This document shows, one piece after another, positions 10,085 through 19,140 of a stretch of 60,485 bases of DNA. The notes below the pieces were generated by a model. The model searched no databases, was not told the DNA's origin, and was given only the letters and a program-made list of their open reading frames with translations. Source of the DNA: a virus (lineage: Duplodnaviria > Heunggongvirae > Uroviricota > Caudoviricetes); the IMG/VR virus record IMGVR_UViG_2671181056_000013, positions 1 to 60,485 of that record; one strand, 5' to 3'. Each line of letters begins with the position of its first letter. Position 1 is the stretch's first letter. Both the position numbers and the translations under genes were made by a program.

Positions 10085-12118
10085 ATGACTCAAGTCGCGA
10101 AGAAAATTCTGGTGACGTGCGCACTGCCGTACGCTAACGGCTCAATCCACCTCGGCCATATGCTGGAGCACATCCAGGCTGATGTCTGGGTCCGTTACCA
10201 GCGAATGCGCGGCCACGAGGTCAACTTCATCTGCGCCGACGATGCCCACGGTACACCGATCATGCTGAAAGCTCAGCAGCTTGGTATCACCCCGGAGCAG
10301 ATGATTGGCGAAATGAGTCAGGAGCATCAGACTGATTTCGCAGGCTTTAACATCAGCTATGACAACTATCACTCGACGCACAGCGAAGAGAACCGCCAGT
10401 TGTCAGAACTTATCTACTCTCGCCTGAAAGAGAACGGTTTTATTAAAAACCGCACCATCTCTCAGCTGTACGATCCGGAAAAAGGCATGTTCCTGCCGGA
10501 CCGTTTTGTGAAAGGCACCTGCCCGAAATGTAAATCCCCGGATCAATACGGCGATAACTGCGAAGTCTGCGGCGCGACCTACAGCCCGACTGAATTGATC
10601 GAGCCGAAATCGGTGGTTTCTGGCGCTACGCCGGTAATGCGTGATTCTGAACACTTCTTCTTTGATCTGCCCTCTTTCAGCGAAATGTTGCAGGCATGGA
10701 CCCGCAGCGGTGCGTTGCAGGAGCAGGTGGCAAATAAAATGCAGGAGTGGTTTGAATCCGGCCTGCAACAGTGGGATATCTCCCGCGACGCGCCATACTT
10801 TGGTTTTGAAATTCCGAACGCGCCGGGCAAATATTTCTACGTCTGGCTGGACGCACCGATTGGCTACATGGGTTCTTTCAAGAATCTGTGCGACAAGCGC
10901 AGCGACAGCGTAAGCTTCGATGAATACTGGAAGAAAGACTCCACCGCCGAGCTGTACCACTTCATCGGTAAAGATATTGTTTACTTCCACAGCCTGTTCT
11001 GGCCTGCCATGCTGGAAGGCAGCAACTTCCGCAAGCCGACCAACCTGTTTGTTCATGGCTATGTGACGGTGAACGGCGCAAAGATGTCCAAGTCTCGCGG
11101 CACCTTTATTAAAGCCAGCACCTGGCTGAATCATTTTGACGCTGACAGCCTGCGTTACTACTACACTGCGAAACTCTCTTCGCGCATTGATGATATCGAT
11201 CTCAACCTGGAGGATTTCGTTCAGCGTGTGAATGCCGATATCGTGAACAAAGTGGTTAACCTGGCCTCTCGTAATGCGGGCTTTATCAACAAGCGTTTTG
11301 ACGGCGTGCTGACAAGCGAACTGGCTGACCCGCAACTGTACAAAACCTTTACTGATGCCGCTGAAGTGATTGGCGAAGCATGGGAAAGCCGCGAATTTGG
11401 TAAAGCTATCCGTGAAATCATGGCATTGGCTGACCTGGCTAATCGCTATGTCGATGAACAGGCTCCGTGGGTGGTGGCGAAGCAGGAAGGTCGCGATGCA
11501 GATCTGCAGGCGATTTGCTCTATGGGCATTAACCTGTTCCGCGTGCTGATGACGTACCTGAAACCGGTACTGCCGAAACTGACTGAACGTGCAGAAGCAT
11601 TCCTGAATACAGAACTGACCTGGGATGGTATCCAGCAACCGCTTCTGGGCCATAAAGTGAATCCGTTCAAGGCACTGTATAACCGTATCGATATGAAACA
11701 GGTGGAAGCACTGGTGGAAGCATCCAAAGAAGAAGTGAAAGCCACAGCTGCACCGGTAACTGGCCCACTGGCTGACGAACCGATTCAGGAAACCATCACC
11801 TTTGACGACTTCGCCAAAGTTGACCTGCGTGTGGCGCTGATTGAAAACGCGGAGTTTGTCGAAGGTTCTGACAAACTGCTTCGCCTGACGCTGGATCTCG
11901 GTGGTGAAAAGCGTAATGTCTTCTCAGGCATCCGTTCCGCTTATCCAGATCCACAGGCACTGATTGGTCGTCACACCATTATGGTGGCTAACCTGGCACC
12001 ACGTAAAATGCGCTTCGGTATCTCTGAAGGCATGGTGATGGCTGCCGGTCCTGGCGGGAAAGATATCTTCCTGTTAAGCCCGGATGCTGGTGCTAAACCT
12101 GGCCACCAGGTTAAGTAA
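10085..12118 (+). CDS. metG: methionyl-tRNA synthetase, full length (677 aa)
   Basis: Complete ORF including the C-terminal tRNA-binding domain. The 3' third differs at many sites from copies 1 and B. Confidence 0.9.
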   Translation: MTQVAKKILVTCALPYANGSIHLGHMLEHIQADVWVRYQRMRGHEVNFICADDAHGTPIMLKAQQLGITPEQMIGEMSQEHQTDFAGFNISYDNYHSTHSEENRQLSELIYSRLKENGFIKNRTISQLYDPEKGMFLPDRFVKGTCPKCKSPDQYGDNCEVCGATYSPTELIEPKSVVSGATPVMRDSEHFFFDLPSFSEMLQAWTRSGALQEQVANKMQEWFESGLQQWDISRDAPYFGFEIPNAPGKYFYVWLDAPIGYMGSFKNLCDKRSDSVSFDEYWKKDSTAELYHFIGKDIVYFHSLFWPAMLEGSNFRKPTNLFVHGYVTVNGAKMSKSRGTFIKASTWLNHFDADSLRYYYTAKLSSRIDDIDLNLEDFVQRVNADIVNKVVNLASRNAGFINKRFDGVLTSELADPQLYKTFTDAAEVIGEAWESREFGKAIREIMALADLANRYVDEQAPWVVAKQEGRDADLQAICSMGINLFRVLMTYLKPVLPKLTERAEAFLNTELTWDGIQQPLLGHKVNPFKALYNRIDMKQVEALVEASKEEVKATAAPVTGPLADEPIQETITFDDFAKVDLRVALIENAEFVEGSDKLLRLTLDLGGEKRNVFSGIRSAYPDPQALIGRHTIMVANLAPRKMRFGISEGMVMAAGPGGKDIFLLSPDAGAKPGHQVK

Positions 12119-12140
12119 TTAAACAACCTCTCTTCGCAAT

Positions 12141-12166
12141 GCCCGGCAACACGCCGGGCATTTTCA
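12141..12166 (+). terminator. intrinsic terminator of metG (GCCCGGC-AACAC-GCCGGGC plus T-run)
   Basis: 7-bp GC stem followed by ATTTTC, 23 nt after the metG stop. Confidence 0.7.
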
Positions 12167-12201
12167 TATAGACACAATCCCTCCTGATTTACACAAGCCC
12201 T

Positions 12202-12240
12202 AAAACAATTTGTTTTCTACCTTTTGTTGATTGAGATAAT
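12202..12240 (+). promoter_or_regulatory. about 40-bp phage promoter-like element, copy 2 of 3; apparent left edge of the phage region
   Basis: Same 23-mer as at 5183; sits between the metG terminator and the first phage-like gene. Confidence 0.4.
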
Positions 12241-12279
12241 AAGCCACATAAGAAAACAACTTGTTTTGGAGTAGTTGAA

Positions 12280-12579
12280 ATGTTGAACATTACCCAAGCC
12301 TACCAGGTGGCATTGATCAGTTCATCTCATACATCAGAGGAAGATGCTCGCCGATTCATGATCGCAAGCAATGAGCTGGATTGGGTTTCACAAATTGAGT
12401 ACGGTTGCATTGTCCACGCCGGGTTACAGGACGATGACTGGAAAGATGAGTTGCGTCGATATGGTATATCCGAGGGTGCGATTGCGAACATTCAGAAAGT
12501 ACTTGATGTAGGCTTTAACTCTGTACATTTTGATTGTGGCGCACCGGTCGTTGAAGGGCTTGAGTGCTGGCAATGGTAA
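12280..12579 (+). CDS. hypothetical early protein (99 aa)
   Basis: ORF with GGAG RBS, preceded by the GAAAACAAnTTGTTTTC palindrome. Confidence 0.55.
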   Translation: MLNITQAYQVALISSSHTSEEDARRFMIASNELDWVSQIEYGCIVHAGLQDDDWKDELRRYGISEGAIANIQKVLDVGFNSVHFDCGAPVVEGLECWQW

Positions 12580-12615
12580 TCCGGCAATCGCTTCATACTA
12601 GATAACGGAGAATTT

Positions 12616-12801
12616 ATGCTTAAAGAAGACTCATATCTACTAAAGGCGCTTGAAATGAGTGGCGTTGAACCTACAGTGAAAAACGCTCACGATATCTACC
12701 TTCAGTTTTCGACAGAGCTGAAACAGCTCATAAATAAATATGGAGTGAACGACTCCAGCGTCAAAGCCATGATAGATGATGAATTAGACCATCTCATCTA
12801 A
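12616..12801 (+). CDS. hypothetical small protein (61 aa)
   Basis: ORF with RBS-like GGAGAA upstream. Confidence 0.45.
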   Translation: MLKEDSYLLKALEMSGVEPTVKNAHDIYLQFSTELKQLINKYGVNDSSVKAMIDDELDHLI

Positions 12802-12899
12802 TCAAACCGTTGATAATGGCGGTCACAATTTGATTCTTTTCTATAAGAACCCGTTGATCGCCACTACTACCCTCCCATACCAGCAATCACATCATTAAA

Positions 12900-13700
12900 T
12901 ATCAATAGGTTATGGTTGTTTATACCAATAAGAAAACAACTAAATAACAGATCAACGAAACATCAACGCTTTCTCCCGATTTGGTCTAAAAAATTGACGT
13001 TATCACACATCACTTCTTATACCCGTAATTCTACGCAGCAGATAGCGCCACAGCGTCCAAATTTCACCACAGACGACTCAACACACTACCAACAAAAACA
13101 CACGCTCAAAATCGCTCCCGTTGCGTTACACAACCATATAAACAACTTATTTTCAGGCATAACAAAACAACCAAATAACACATATGCCATTACCCAAAAC
13201 AACCAACCTCTTTATGGCAGGCTACCGAAAAGACCCACCTCTTCTCCCCAGGCTACCGGACAACCAACCTAACTTTCACAGGCAATCCGAAAACATTCAT
13301 ACGCGCGATACCCACGACACGCCATTACCCAAACAGCGAAGAAACACCTGAACCGCTGAAACCCTAACGAAGCCTGTAACCGCAAGGTTTCTCTCAATCC
13401 CAAAAGACACGAAACATAACAATCACGGGAAACGCCATTACCCAATACACGAATAACTACAAAAGCCTTCACACACTCCAGACAAACAACTCAAACACAA
13501 TAACGAAAGCAATCGCCCACCTGCCATTACTCCATACACGGAGAAGAACAATCACCAAAACGACGAGAACACCCCCATAGAAGAACCACCGCAAAACTAA
13601 CGAAACCACATACACCGACAGAGAAAACAACACACCCAATTCACCAACAGAAATAGTCGCCGTATAGAACATTCTGGAAGGAGTGAGCATTAACGCCTAT
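12900..13700. repeat. G-poor, CA-rich non-coding tract with dispersed GCCATTACCCA and CAGGCTACCG...CCCACCT repeats
   Basis: Top strand is almost devoid of G for about 800 bp. Four GCCATTAC(C/T)C copies near 13186, 13321, 13433, 13523; two CAGGCTACCG copies at 13217-13273. The only ORF translates to low-complexity sequence. Confidence 0.6.
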
Positions 13701-13854
13701 AGAGAGGTTGAGACAGATAAAACACAACATGTATAGCGAAGAAGCCAGGTATGTATAAGTGGAGAGGGAAGGAGGGGGGTCGCCTCCTTTTTCGTATTTA
13801 TTCAACTCCTGATTTTATCCCCCGTAACACCCCCTACGGTCAGCCTTCGGTCCA

Positions 13855-13992
13855 TACAGGGAAAAGGTTGCATCCAGCTACAGAAACGGCTGGGTTGCCT
13901 TCGGGGGAACGGCTGGGGATTTTCAGGGAAACGGTCGAGTTGCCTGTGTGGATTTCGGGAAAAGGCTCGATGCCGGTTCTGGAACGGCGGCG
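13855..13992. repeat. iteron-like direct repeats (GGGAAAMGG family, about 6 copies at 21-32 bp spacing), set 1
   Basis: CAGGGAAAAGG, CAGAAACGGC, CGGGGGAACGGC, CAGGGAAACGG, TCGGGAAAAGGC, CTGGAACGGCGG in series; no convincing ORF. Confidence 0.55.
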
Positions 13993-14370
13993 TACCGGTA
14001 TAGCGAGAGAGAGAGTTGCAGCTACCCACCTGTAATGTGCGGGAAGAAGAGAGGCGCTCACGTGCAGGCTGACTTGCTTACCGCTGGATTCCCTCTGAAT
14101 GCCAGATACAGCGTAATTGTGCCAGACAGCCAGCGGGTCACAATCGATTTCAGTAGGTTTTCGGGGAGAGGATTATTCTACCCACCAGCCCCGCGGCGCG
14201 CGTAGAGCAGAATATCGTAAATACTGGCTCTCGTGTCGTTCCCGGATATTCACTGCCCAGCCTGGCTTTCCCGACATAAAATCCTTTTTCGCCTTTATCT
14301 TATTGCGATAATAACACCAACAAGTAAACAGCATATTTAGACGTTATAGAAACGAAGTGAGGATGAAGAG

Positions 14371-14589
14371 ATGATTAAGATGCCTGTGACGGTTGAGGTG
14401 TGGGGCGTGGATTCCCTGGCTGAGTGTCTGGATGCAGTGGGGCCGGAGTTGTACCGCAAGTTGTGGTCGTTCGTCCCGGCAGAAGGGGAATCGCCCAAAG
14501 GGAAGGATATCTGGCACCTGCTGAGTGAAGATGAAAAGCGGGAGCTGGTGGGCGCGGTACACAGCGAGTTCCCGGACGACCAAGATTAA
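14371..14589 (+). CDS. hypothetical acidic small protein (72 aa)
   Basis: ORF with GAGGA RBS, followed by a terminator. Confidence 0.5.
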   Translation: MIKMPVTVEVWGVDSLAECLDAVGPELYRKLWSFVPAEGESPKGKDIWHLLSEDEKRELVGAVHSEFPDDQD

Positions 14590-14595
14590 GAGTGA

Positions 14596-14618
14596 GGCCA
14601 CCAGCACGGTGGCTTTTG
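14596..14618 (+). terminator. intrinsic terminator (GCCACC-AGCAC-GGTGGC plus TTTT)
   Basis: Hairpin plus T-run immediately after the stop at 14589. Confidence 0.6.
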
Positions 14619-14727
14619 TCGCTATTAACCTCGGGGCAGCGCAGCACCGTAACGATATACTTTGTGGCCGTTTTCTTACTGGTATTGTTTACGTAATTCA
14701 GAAAACAACATGTTTAAGGATTGCTTT

Positions 14728-15057
14728 ATGTTTGCAAATATCGACATCAACCAAATTAAGAAATTGACTCAAAAAGAGTTTGACCAGTTTTATGAGCTGG
14801 AAGGTTGGTCTTCCACTCTGATTAATTCAAGATGGGTGCTGGAGCTGATGACTCGTGATGACGCACCTGCTTTGATGATTTGCGACATGGGTGAAGATGC
14901 TGACTTTATGGATATGAGCGAATTTTGTGTGGACACATACAACCGCAGCCAGAAGTACTACTTCACATGCGATAGCGAAAATGACGTGATTTCTAAGGTC
15001 TATCTTCACCTCGTCCAGCATTGGGACGTTCAGGACTTCCTTGCGATATTCGCGTAA
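14728..15057 (+). CDS. hypothetical early protein (about 110 aa)
   Basis: Start chosen at the ATG after an AAGGA RBS, downstream of the palindromic motif at 14701; the ORF track begins at 14662. Confidence 0.55.
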   Translation: MFANIDINQIKKLTQKEFDQFYELEGWSSTLINSRWVLELMTRDDAPALMICDMGEDADFMDMSEFCVDTYNRSQKYYFTCDSENDVISKVYLHLVQHWDVQDFLAIFA

Positions 15058-15211
15058 GCCCAACCAAAGCCAGCATTGCTGGCTTAACTTCATCTGTAGC
15101 CGCAGGGAAGAACCTGCATATCGCTCATGCGCCTGATCAATATGCTTTGTAGCCGTTTTCTTACTGGTATTATTTACGCCATTGAGAAAACAAGTTGTTT
15201 ACGGAGTTGTG

Positions 15212-15523
15212 ATGAAAAAATCATTGGTTCTTGGTCTGGACAAAGACCAGAAGAGAAAAGAGAAGCCTGCACTGGTTGCTCAATTAACTTTGCTGGACAT
15301 CGTTGCCAATGGAACCTCTATTCGTCTGTTCCGTGAAACAGCGGTGTCTTTCGATAAAAACACCTTTACTCGTTATGTAATGAATGTTCGTCGCCAGCGT
15401 GGAAAAGGCTGGATGGCATTTCAAAGAATGTGGCCGGAACATCAGCTCGAACTGGCTTTGATGGAAGTTAACCGCGTGGCCCAGCAAGAGATTCAGAGAG
15501 CATCAGTGATGGCAATAGCCTGA
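15212..15523 (+). CDS. hypothetical early protein (about 104 aa)
   Basis: ATG after a GGAG RBS; the 55-bp upstream block is shared with the 14660-14715 region. Confidence 0.55.
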   Translation: MKKSLVLGLDKDQKRKEKPALVAQLTLLDIVANGTSIRLFRETAVSFDKNTFTRYVMNVRRQRGKGWMAFQRMWPEHQLELALMEVNRVAQQEIQRASVMAIA

Positions 15524-15559
15524 TAATGTGCAAGTGGTAATTAGTCGACAGTACGACAG

Positions 15560-15585
15560 CCCCGCCATCCTTACGGGGTTTTTTG
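15560..15585 (+). terminator. intrinsic terminator (CCCCG...CGGGG plus T6)
   Basis: GC hairpin followed by TTTTTT. Confidence 0.7.
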
Positions 15586-15636
15586 TATTGTAAGTACATA
15601 CCTATGTCTATAAAATAGAAAAATAACCAAGACACT

Positions 15637-16044
15637 ATGGAGAGTGATATGAGCGTTAAACGAGAAAACCTGACAGTTGATGTCTACTATGCTTCAGAAA
15701 GCGCCGAAGGTAAGAATGTAGCTAAAATCACCGTCGTTACGTACAACACCGAAACTGGAACTGAAGTTCAGGCAAGTACTATTGTGCGTAAAGGAGATAC
15801 ATCAGGCGGGGAATATGAGGCGCAATATCAGTCCATTTTTGATGCAACGGACCCGTTGTTGTTGAAAATTGAAAGTTACTTCCGTAAGGTGAATAAAGAG
15901 GTGTTTGAAACCATGATGAATATGGTTAACACCGTATTCGCTTCCAGTCTGAACACTAACACTACCTGGATTGGTCAGTATGGTCTGCGCATTACCTCCG
16001 GCATTCCTGCTGACACCTTAATCCCTGAAAGCGTATTCGCTTAA
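15637..16044 (+). CDS. hypothetical early protein (135 aa)
   Basis: ORF with its own upstream AT-rich region and downstream terminator. Confidence 0.6.
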   Translation: MESDMSVKRENLTVDVYYASESAEGKNVAKITVVTYNTETGTEVQASTIVRKGDTSGGEYEAQYQSIFDATDPLLLKIESYFRKVNKEVFETMMNMVNTVFASSLNTNTTWIGQYGLRITSGIPADTLIPESVFA

Positions 16045-16056
16045 TCCTCTTTGAAT

Positions 16057-16080
16057 GGCGCGTAAACCGCGCCATTTTCT
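16057..16080 (+). terminator. intrinsic terminator (GGCGCG-TAAAC-CGCGCC plus T-run)
   Basis: Hairpin and ATTTTCT directly after the stop. Confidence 0.65.
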
Positions 16081-16090
16081 TATGCCCGAT

Positions 16091-16130
16091 AACAATTTGT
16101 TTTCTGCCTTATCTGATTTGTGAAAATGCT
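16091..16130 (+). promoter_or_regulatory. about 40-bp phage promoter-like element, copy 3 of 3
   Basis: AACAATTTGTTTTCTGCCTTATCTGATTTGTGAAAAT is closely similar to the elements at 5183 and 12203. Confidence 0.4.
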
Positions 16131-16162
16131 TTCACTGAAAGCAACTTGATAAGGAAACCATC

Positions 16163-16537
16163 ATGGGACTTGATATCTACATTGAGACGCAACCAAAAAA
16201 CGATCTGAATAACGATGCATCCAGAAAGAAGGTTGCTTACTTCCGTAAGTTCAATGCTCTCTTTGGGTGGATGGAACGCAACGTAGGTGAAGTCAAAAAT
16301 TGTGAGCTTTTAGAATTAACGATGAATGACATTTGTGCTCTGAAAGCTCATTTGATGCACATGAACGAAAGTAACTGCGAAGAGTACTTACCTACCTGTG
16401 AAGGTTTTTTCTTCGGCAGTCAGGAGTACGATGAAGGGTACTGGCATGACGTGGGGGAGTTGAAAAAACTTGTGGAAGAGCTGATTAAGAACCACGACTT
16501 TCACAATAACAGACTGACCTTCTGCGCCTGGTGGTAA
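16163..16537 (+). CDS. hypothetical early protein (124 aa, Cys-rich)
   Basis: ORF with AAGGAAA RBS. Confidence 0.6.
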   Translation: MGLDIYIETQPKNDLNNDASRKKVAYFRKFNALFGWMERNVGEVKNCELLELTMNDICALKAHLMHMNESNCEEYLPTCEGFFFGSQEYDEGYWHDVGELKKLVEELIKNHDFHNNRLTFCAWW

Positions 16538-16539
16538 AT

Positions 16540-16683
16540 ATGGGCGATTTCAAGAAACGCCTGAAGGAAAGAGCCGAGATAGTCAGAAAGCAAAACGCCT
16601 CTTCTGTCATCAGATACGCAAGGCAGTTTAGTCGCAACAACAAATCAGTTGAGGAAAAGATCCTTAGCGTAATCGGTCGATAA
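16540..16683 (+). CDS. hypothetical small basic protein (47 aa), possibly translationally coupled
   Basis: ATG 3 nt after the preceding stop; followed by hairpin AAGGCCACCACTGCTGGTGGCCTT. Not in the ORF track (below its size cut-off). Confidence 0.35.
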   Translation: MGDFKKRLKERAEIVRKQNASSVIRYARQFSRNNKSVEEKILSVIGR

Positions 16684-16732
16684 TTATTAAGGCCACCACT
16701 GCTGGTGGCCTTAAATGACCATCCTGTTTCCC

Positions 16733-16805
16733 GCAGGCTAAAAACACCAACCTCTTACCTCCAGGCAACCGACAAACCCACCTGTTCCCGTCCGGCTACC
16801 GCAAC
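16733..16805. repeat. second cluster of CAGGCTACCG...CCCACCT-family repeats
   Basis: GCAGGCTAAAAACACCAACCTC, CCAGGCAACCGACAAACCCACCTG and CCGGCTACCGCAAC resemble the repeats at 13217-13273. Confidence 0.45.
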
Positions 16806-16887
16806 TTTCCACTTTGACGCCTTATTCGTACAACGATAATTAACGCCAACAAGAAAACAATTTGTTATTTACGATAAGGAATTAATC

Positions 16888-17370
16888 ATGAATTTTATCG
16901 CTACTGTAAACGCACCCGCACATGGCAATATCGCTGTAACGTTCTCTGACATTGAAAAACGAGTACTTGGTGCATGGCGCGACAATGAGACGGTAGAACT
17001 GTCAGCACAAGAAAAATGCATTATTGCACGCGACATCATTGGCAATCGTCGTTACTCGCGGGTATTTGAGAAAGCGTATGTGGTAAATTCTGGATTCGGA
17101 ACGTTCGTCTTTCCGGTGCGCTCCGGGCGATTCTGCCAGTCCAAGCTGATTGAGTTCGCTACGCAGATTTCTGTCTGGATTAAAACTCAATCGTCGTTCA
17201 AATTTTCCGACGATGAAGCAGTATCGCAGGGGATGCGGATCGCCAACAATGCAATTAAATGCAAAAACATTACGTATACCGCTGGCGTTGATACATGGAA
17301 ACTGTTTTGCGCTAACTTTATGCTGAATGTATACGCAAGCAACCGCATCCACATCCTTGATGGCGTGTAA
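16888..17370 (+). CDS. hypothetical early protein (160 aa)
   Basis: ORF with AAGGA RBS, preceded by the palindromic motif at 16853. Confidence 0.6.
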   Translation: MNFIATVNAPAHGNIAVTFSDIEKRVLGAWRDNETVELSAQEKCIIARDIIGNRRYSRVFEKAYVVNSGFGTFVFPVRSGRFCQSKLIEFATQISVWIKTQSSFKFSDDEAVSQGMRIANNAIKCKNITYTAGVDTWKLFCANFMLNVYASNRIHILDGV

Positions 17371-17379
17371 CTGAGAAGA

Positions 17380-17402
17380 GGGCCAGTAACGGCCCTTTCT
17401 CT
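17380..17402 (+). terminator. intrinsic terminator (GGGCC-AGTAAC-GGCCC plus T-run)
   Basis: Hairpin and TTTCTCT 10 nt after the stop. Confidence 0.65.
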
Positions 17403-17417
17403 ATAGCCACCAGATGC

Positions 17418-17580
17418 CGCAGGGAAATTTTCAGAAACGGCGAGGAACGTATTCATGAACCGACGGGGAACGGCCAGGATTTTTTCGGGAAACGGCTGCA
17501 TTCGCCTTTATGTAGAAAAAACATCGGGAAGCTGGTGGAATCCAACCAGCGGTTGTCGGACAGGTGAGCGGGGAAAATTA
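17418..17580. repeat. iteron-like direct repeats (GGGAAAMGG family), set 2
   Basis: CAGGGAAATTTTCAGAAACGG, ACGGGGAACGGC, TCGGGAAACGGC, TCGGGAAGCTGG; closely resembles set 1 including the GATTTT...CGGGAAACGG units. Confidence 0.5.
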
Positions 17581-17962
17581 TGATGACTTTCGTCGCCTGA
17601 GACATCCAGATTTCTTTCGTAGCGTAATCGCATACGTGATTAAGTGGTGTGATTATGTGAAAAATCACGCGCACATAATACGCGAGCGGATACGGAACAA
17701 AACAAAATGCCGATCCGCGCCGACAAATAAACGCGGATCACATAGCAAGACTAAAAGCCAATGATTAACTATGCGCTATAGCGCAATATAACGCGTTTTA
17801 AGCGCGTTAATGTGTTAAGTAATGGGTATGTACTGGCAAGGATATAAAAGCGCGTCTATGGCGTTATTTTGGCGCTTATTTTTATGTTGTTGGAGTGAGT
17901 CAAAGACAATAAAAAACGCGCCATCATTGGCGCGTTATGGTGGGAGTATTGGAAACGAAAAA

Positions 17963-17997
17963 AGCGCCCACTATGGGCGCTATTGTTTTTATTTTTC
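17963..17997 (+). terminator. GC hairpin AGCGCCCA-CTA-TGGGCGCT plus T-run; inverted partner copy at 18458-18478
   Basis: One of several GCGC-rich hairpins in the AT-rich 17760-18000 tract; the same 19-mer recurs as its reverse complement 495 bp away. Confidence 0.55.
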
Positions 17998-18216
17998 TAA
18001 GCGAATATTAAAACCAGCGTTTAAAAATTCTTGAAGCATTAAAGTAACATCTGCTTCATTGATTCCTGCGCGCGCTCTATGTTCTACGTCATTGATGTTT
18101 ATTTTAAACGTTGTTTCATCAACCACTTCAGAACTTAGAGCATATCCAGCTAAACCAGCAATATCATAAACAAGAGTATGATTATTGATATTTACGCCAG
18201 AGATGAAAATAACCAT
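17989..18216 (-). CDS. hypothetical small protein (75 aa)
   Basis: Second ORF of a two-gene minus-strand cassette lying between the inverted GC hairpins; AT-rich. Confidence 0.45.
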   Translation of the reverse strand: MVIFISGVNINNHTLVYDIAGLAGYALSSEVVDETTFKININDVEHRARAGINEADVTLMLQEFLNAGFNIRLEK

Positions 18217-18236
18217 GATTAAGCTCCTTAAAAAAA

Positions 18237-18440
18237 TTAAATAGAATTATGAAGTTTTCCGATTAATGCGCTTAAACGTAAGTATTCACGTTTACGCTTG
18301 CAATCTCGTTTGCTGTTAAGCAAATCAGAAAACGTAAAATTTAATTGGTCGCGTTGCGCGATTAAATCATTGATTAATTCTAGTTTATAAGCGCGATACT
18401 TTGCGCGATATTCCGCGCGGATCTTGTCATAGCTGACCAT
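18237..18440 (-). CDS. hypothetical small basic protein (67 aa, K/R-rich)
   Basis: AAGGAG RBS 9 nt upstream, immediately preceded by the hairpin 18458-18478. Confidence 0.45.
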   Translation of the reverse strand: MVSYDKIRAEYRAKYRAYKLELINDLIAQRDQLNFTFSDLLNSKRDCKRKREYLRLSALIGKLHNSI

Positions 18441-18489
18441 TTTTTAAAGCTCCTTTAAAGCGCCCATAGTGGGCGCTTGATTCCATTAA

Positions 18490-19140
18490 TTACGCTTTGA
18501 AAGCGTCAGCTAGATAATTGTAGAAATCATTCTTGATAAAGCGATATTGCTGTGTACCAGCTTTGGCGCTTCCCATTCCTTTGACTTTCTCAACAAGTCC
18601 GAGACGTTCGCAAAGATTGATTAGCTGGTTAGCTTGAGTATAGCCAGCGTCCAATTTAATTTCACACGCTTTTTTAGCTTCATTCATTAAATCGAAAACA
18701 GCGCCATTCGTGAACGTGTCGATCTCGTCGTTAATCATATCGATTAAAGCGAATACACGAGATCCAGACATATCAGCGACGGAATAAACACATTTTCCAG
18801 CTTTAATTGATTTAACCAGATAAACCAGTTTTTCCAGTGAATAACTATTAGTCATAGCGTCACGAAAAAATACTTCTGGCGCTTGTTTGCTTGCTTTAAT
18901 CGCATAGTAGAAAACAGAGCATAATTTTTCGTCTTCTACAGCGTTTACGACGTTGTTGATGAAGTAAGCAAGTTTAGTGGTCGCAGCTTGCATATTTGCT
19001 TTGTCTGCTTTAGTGTGCGTACCATTTTTATAATGTTCGTTATATGTTTGAGTTGCCAGATCTGCTTTTTCGCGCAGTTCGTCGGATACAATAGATGCAG
19101 CTTCAATGATGGACTTTTTAGAAATGATAATGTTAGCCAT
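18490..19140 (-). CDS. hypothetical protein (216 aa)
   Basis: ORF with a long AT-rich upstream region (19141-19400). Confidence 0.6.
   Translation of the reverse strand: MANIIISKKSIIEAASIVSDELREKADLATQTYNEHYKNGTHTKADKANMQAATTKLAYFINNVVNAVEDEKLCSVFYYAIKASKQAPEVFFRDAMTNSYSLEKLVYLVKSIKAGKCVYSVADMSGSRVFALIDMINDEIDTFTNGAVFDLMNEAKKACEIKLDAGYTQANQLINLCERLGLVEKVKGMGSAKAGTQQYRFIKNDFYNYLADAFKA

Noticed and set aside
12916-13272. 118-aa ORF in the CA-rich tract.
   Set aside because: Translation is low-complexity (Q/N/T/P/H-rich) with no RBS; more likely a by-product of G-depleted non-coding sequence.
13855-13992. Possible CRISPR array suggested by the short direct repeats.
   Set aside because: Repeat units are only about 9-12 bp with irregular 21-32 bp spacing and no cas genes; this fits iterons, not CRISPR.
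13751-14311. Several overlapping ORFs (13751-14035, 13802-14029, 13840-14061, 13948-14205, 14117-14311) across the iteron region.
   Set aside because: Mutually overlapping on both strands, Arg/Gly/Pro-rich translations, and they coincide with direct repeats; judged non-coding.
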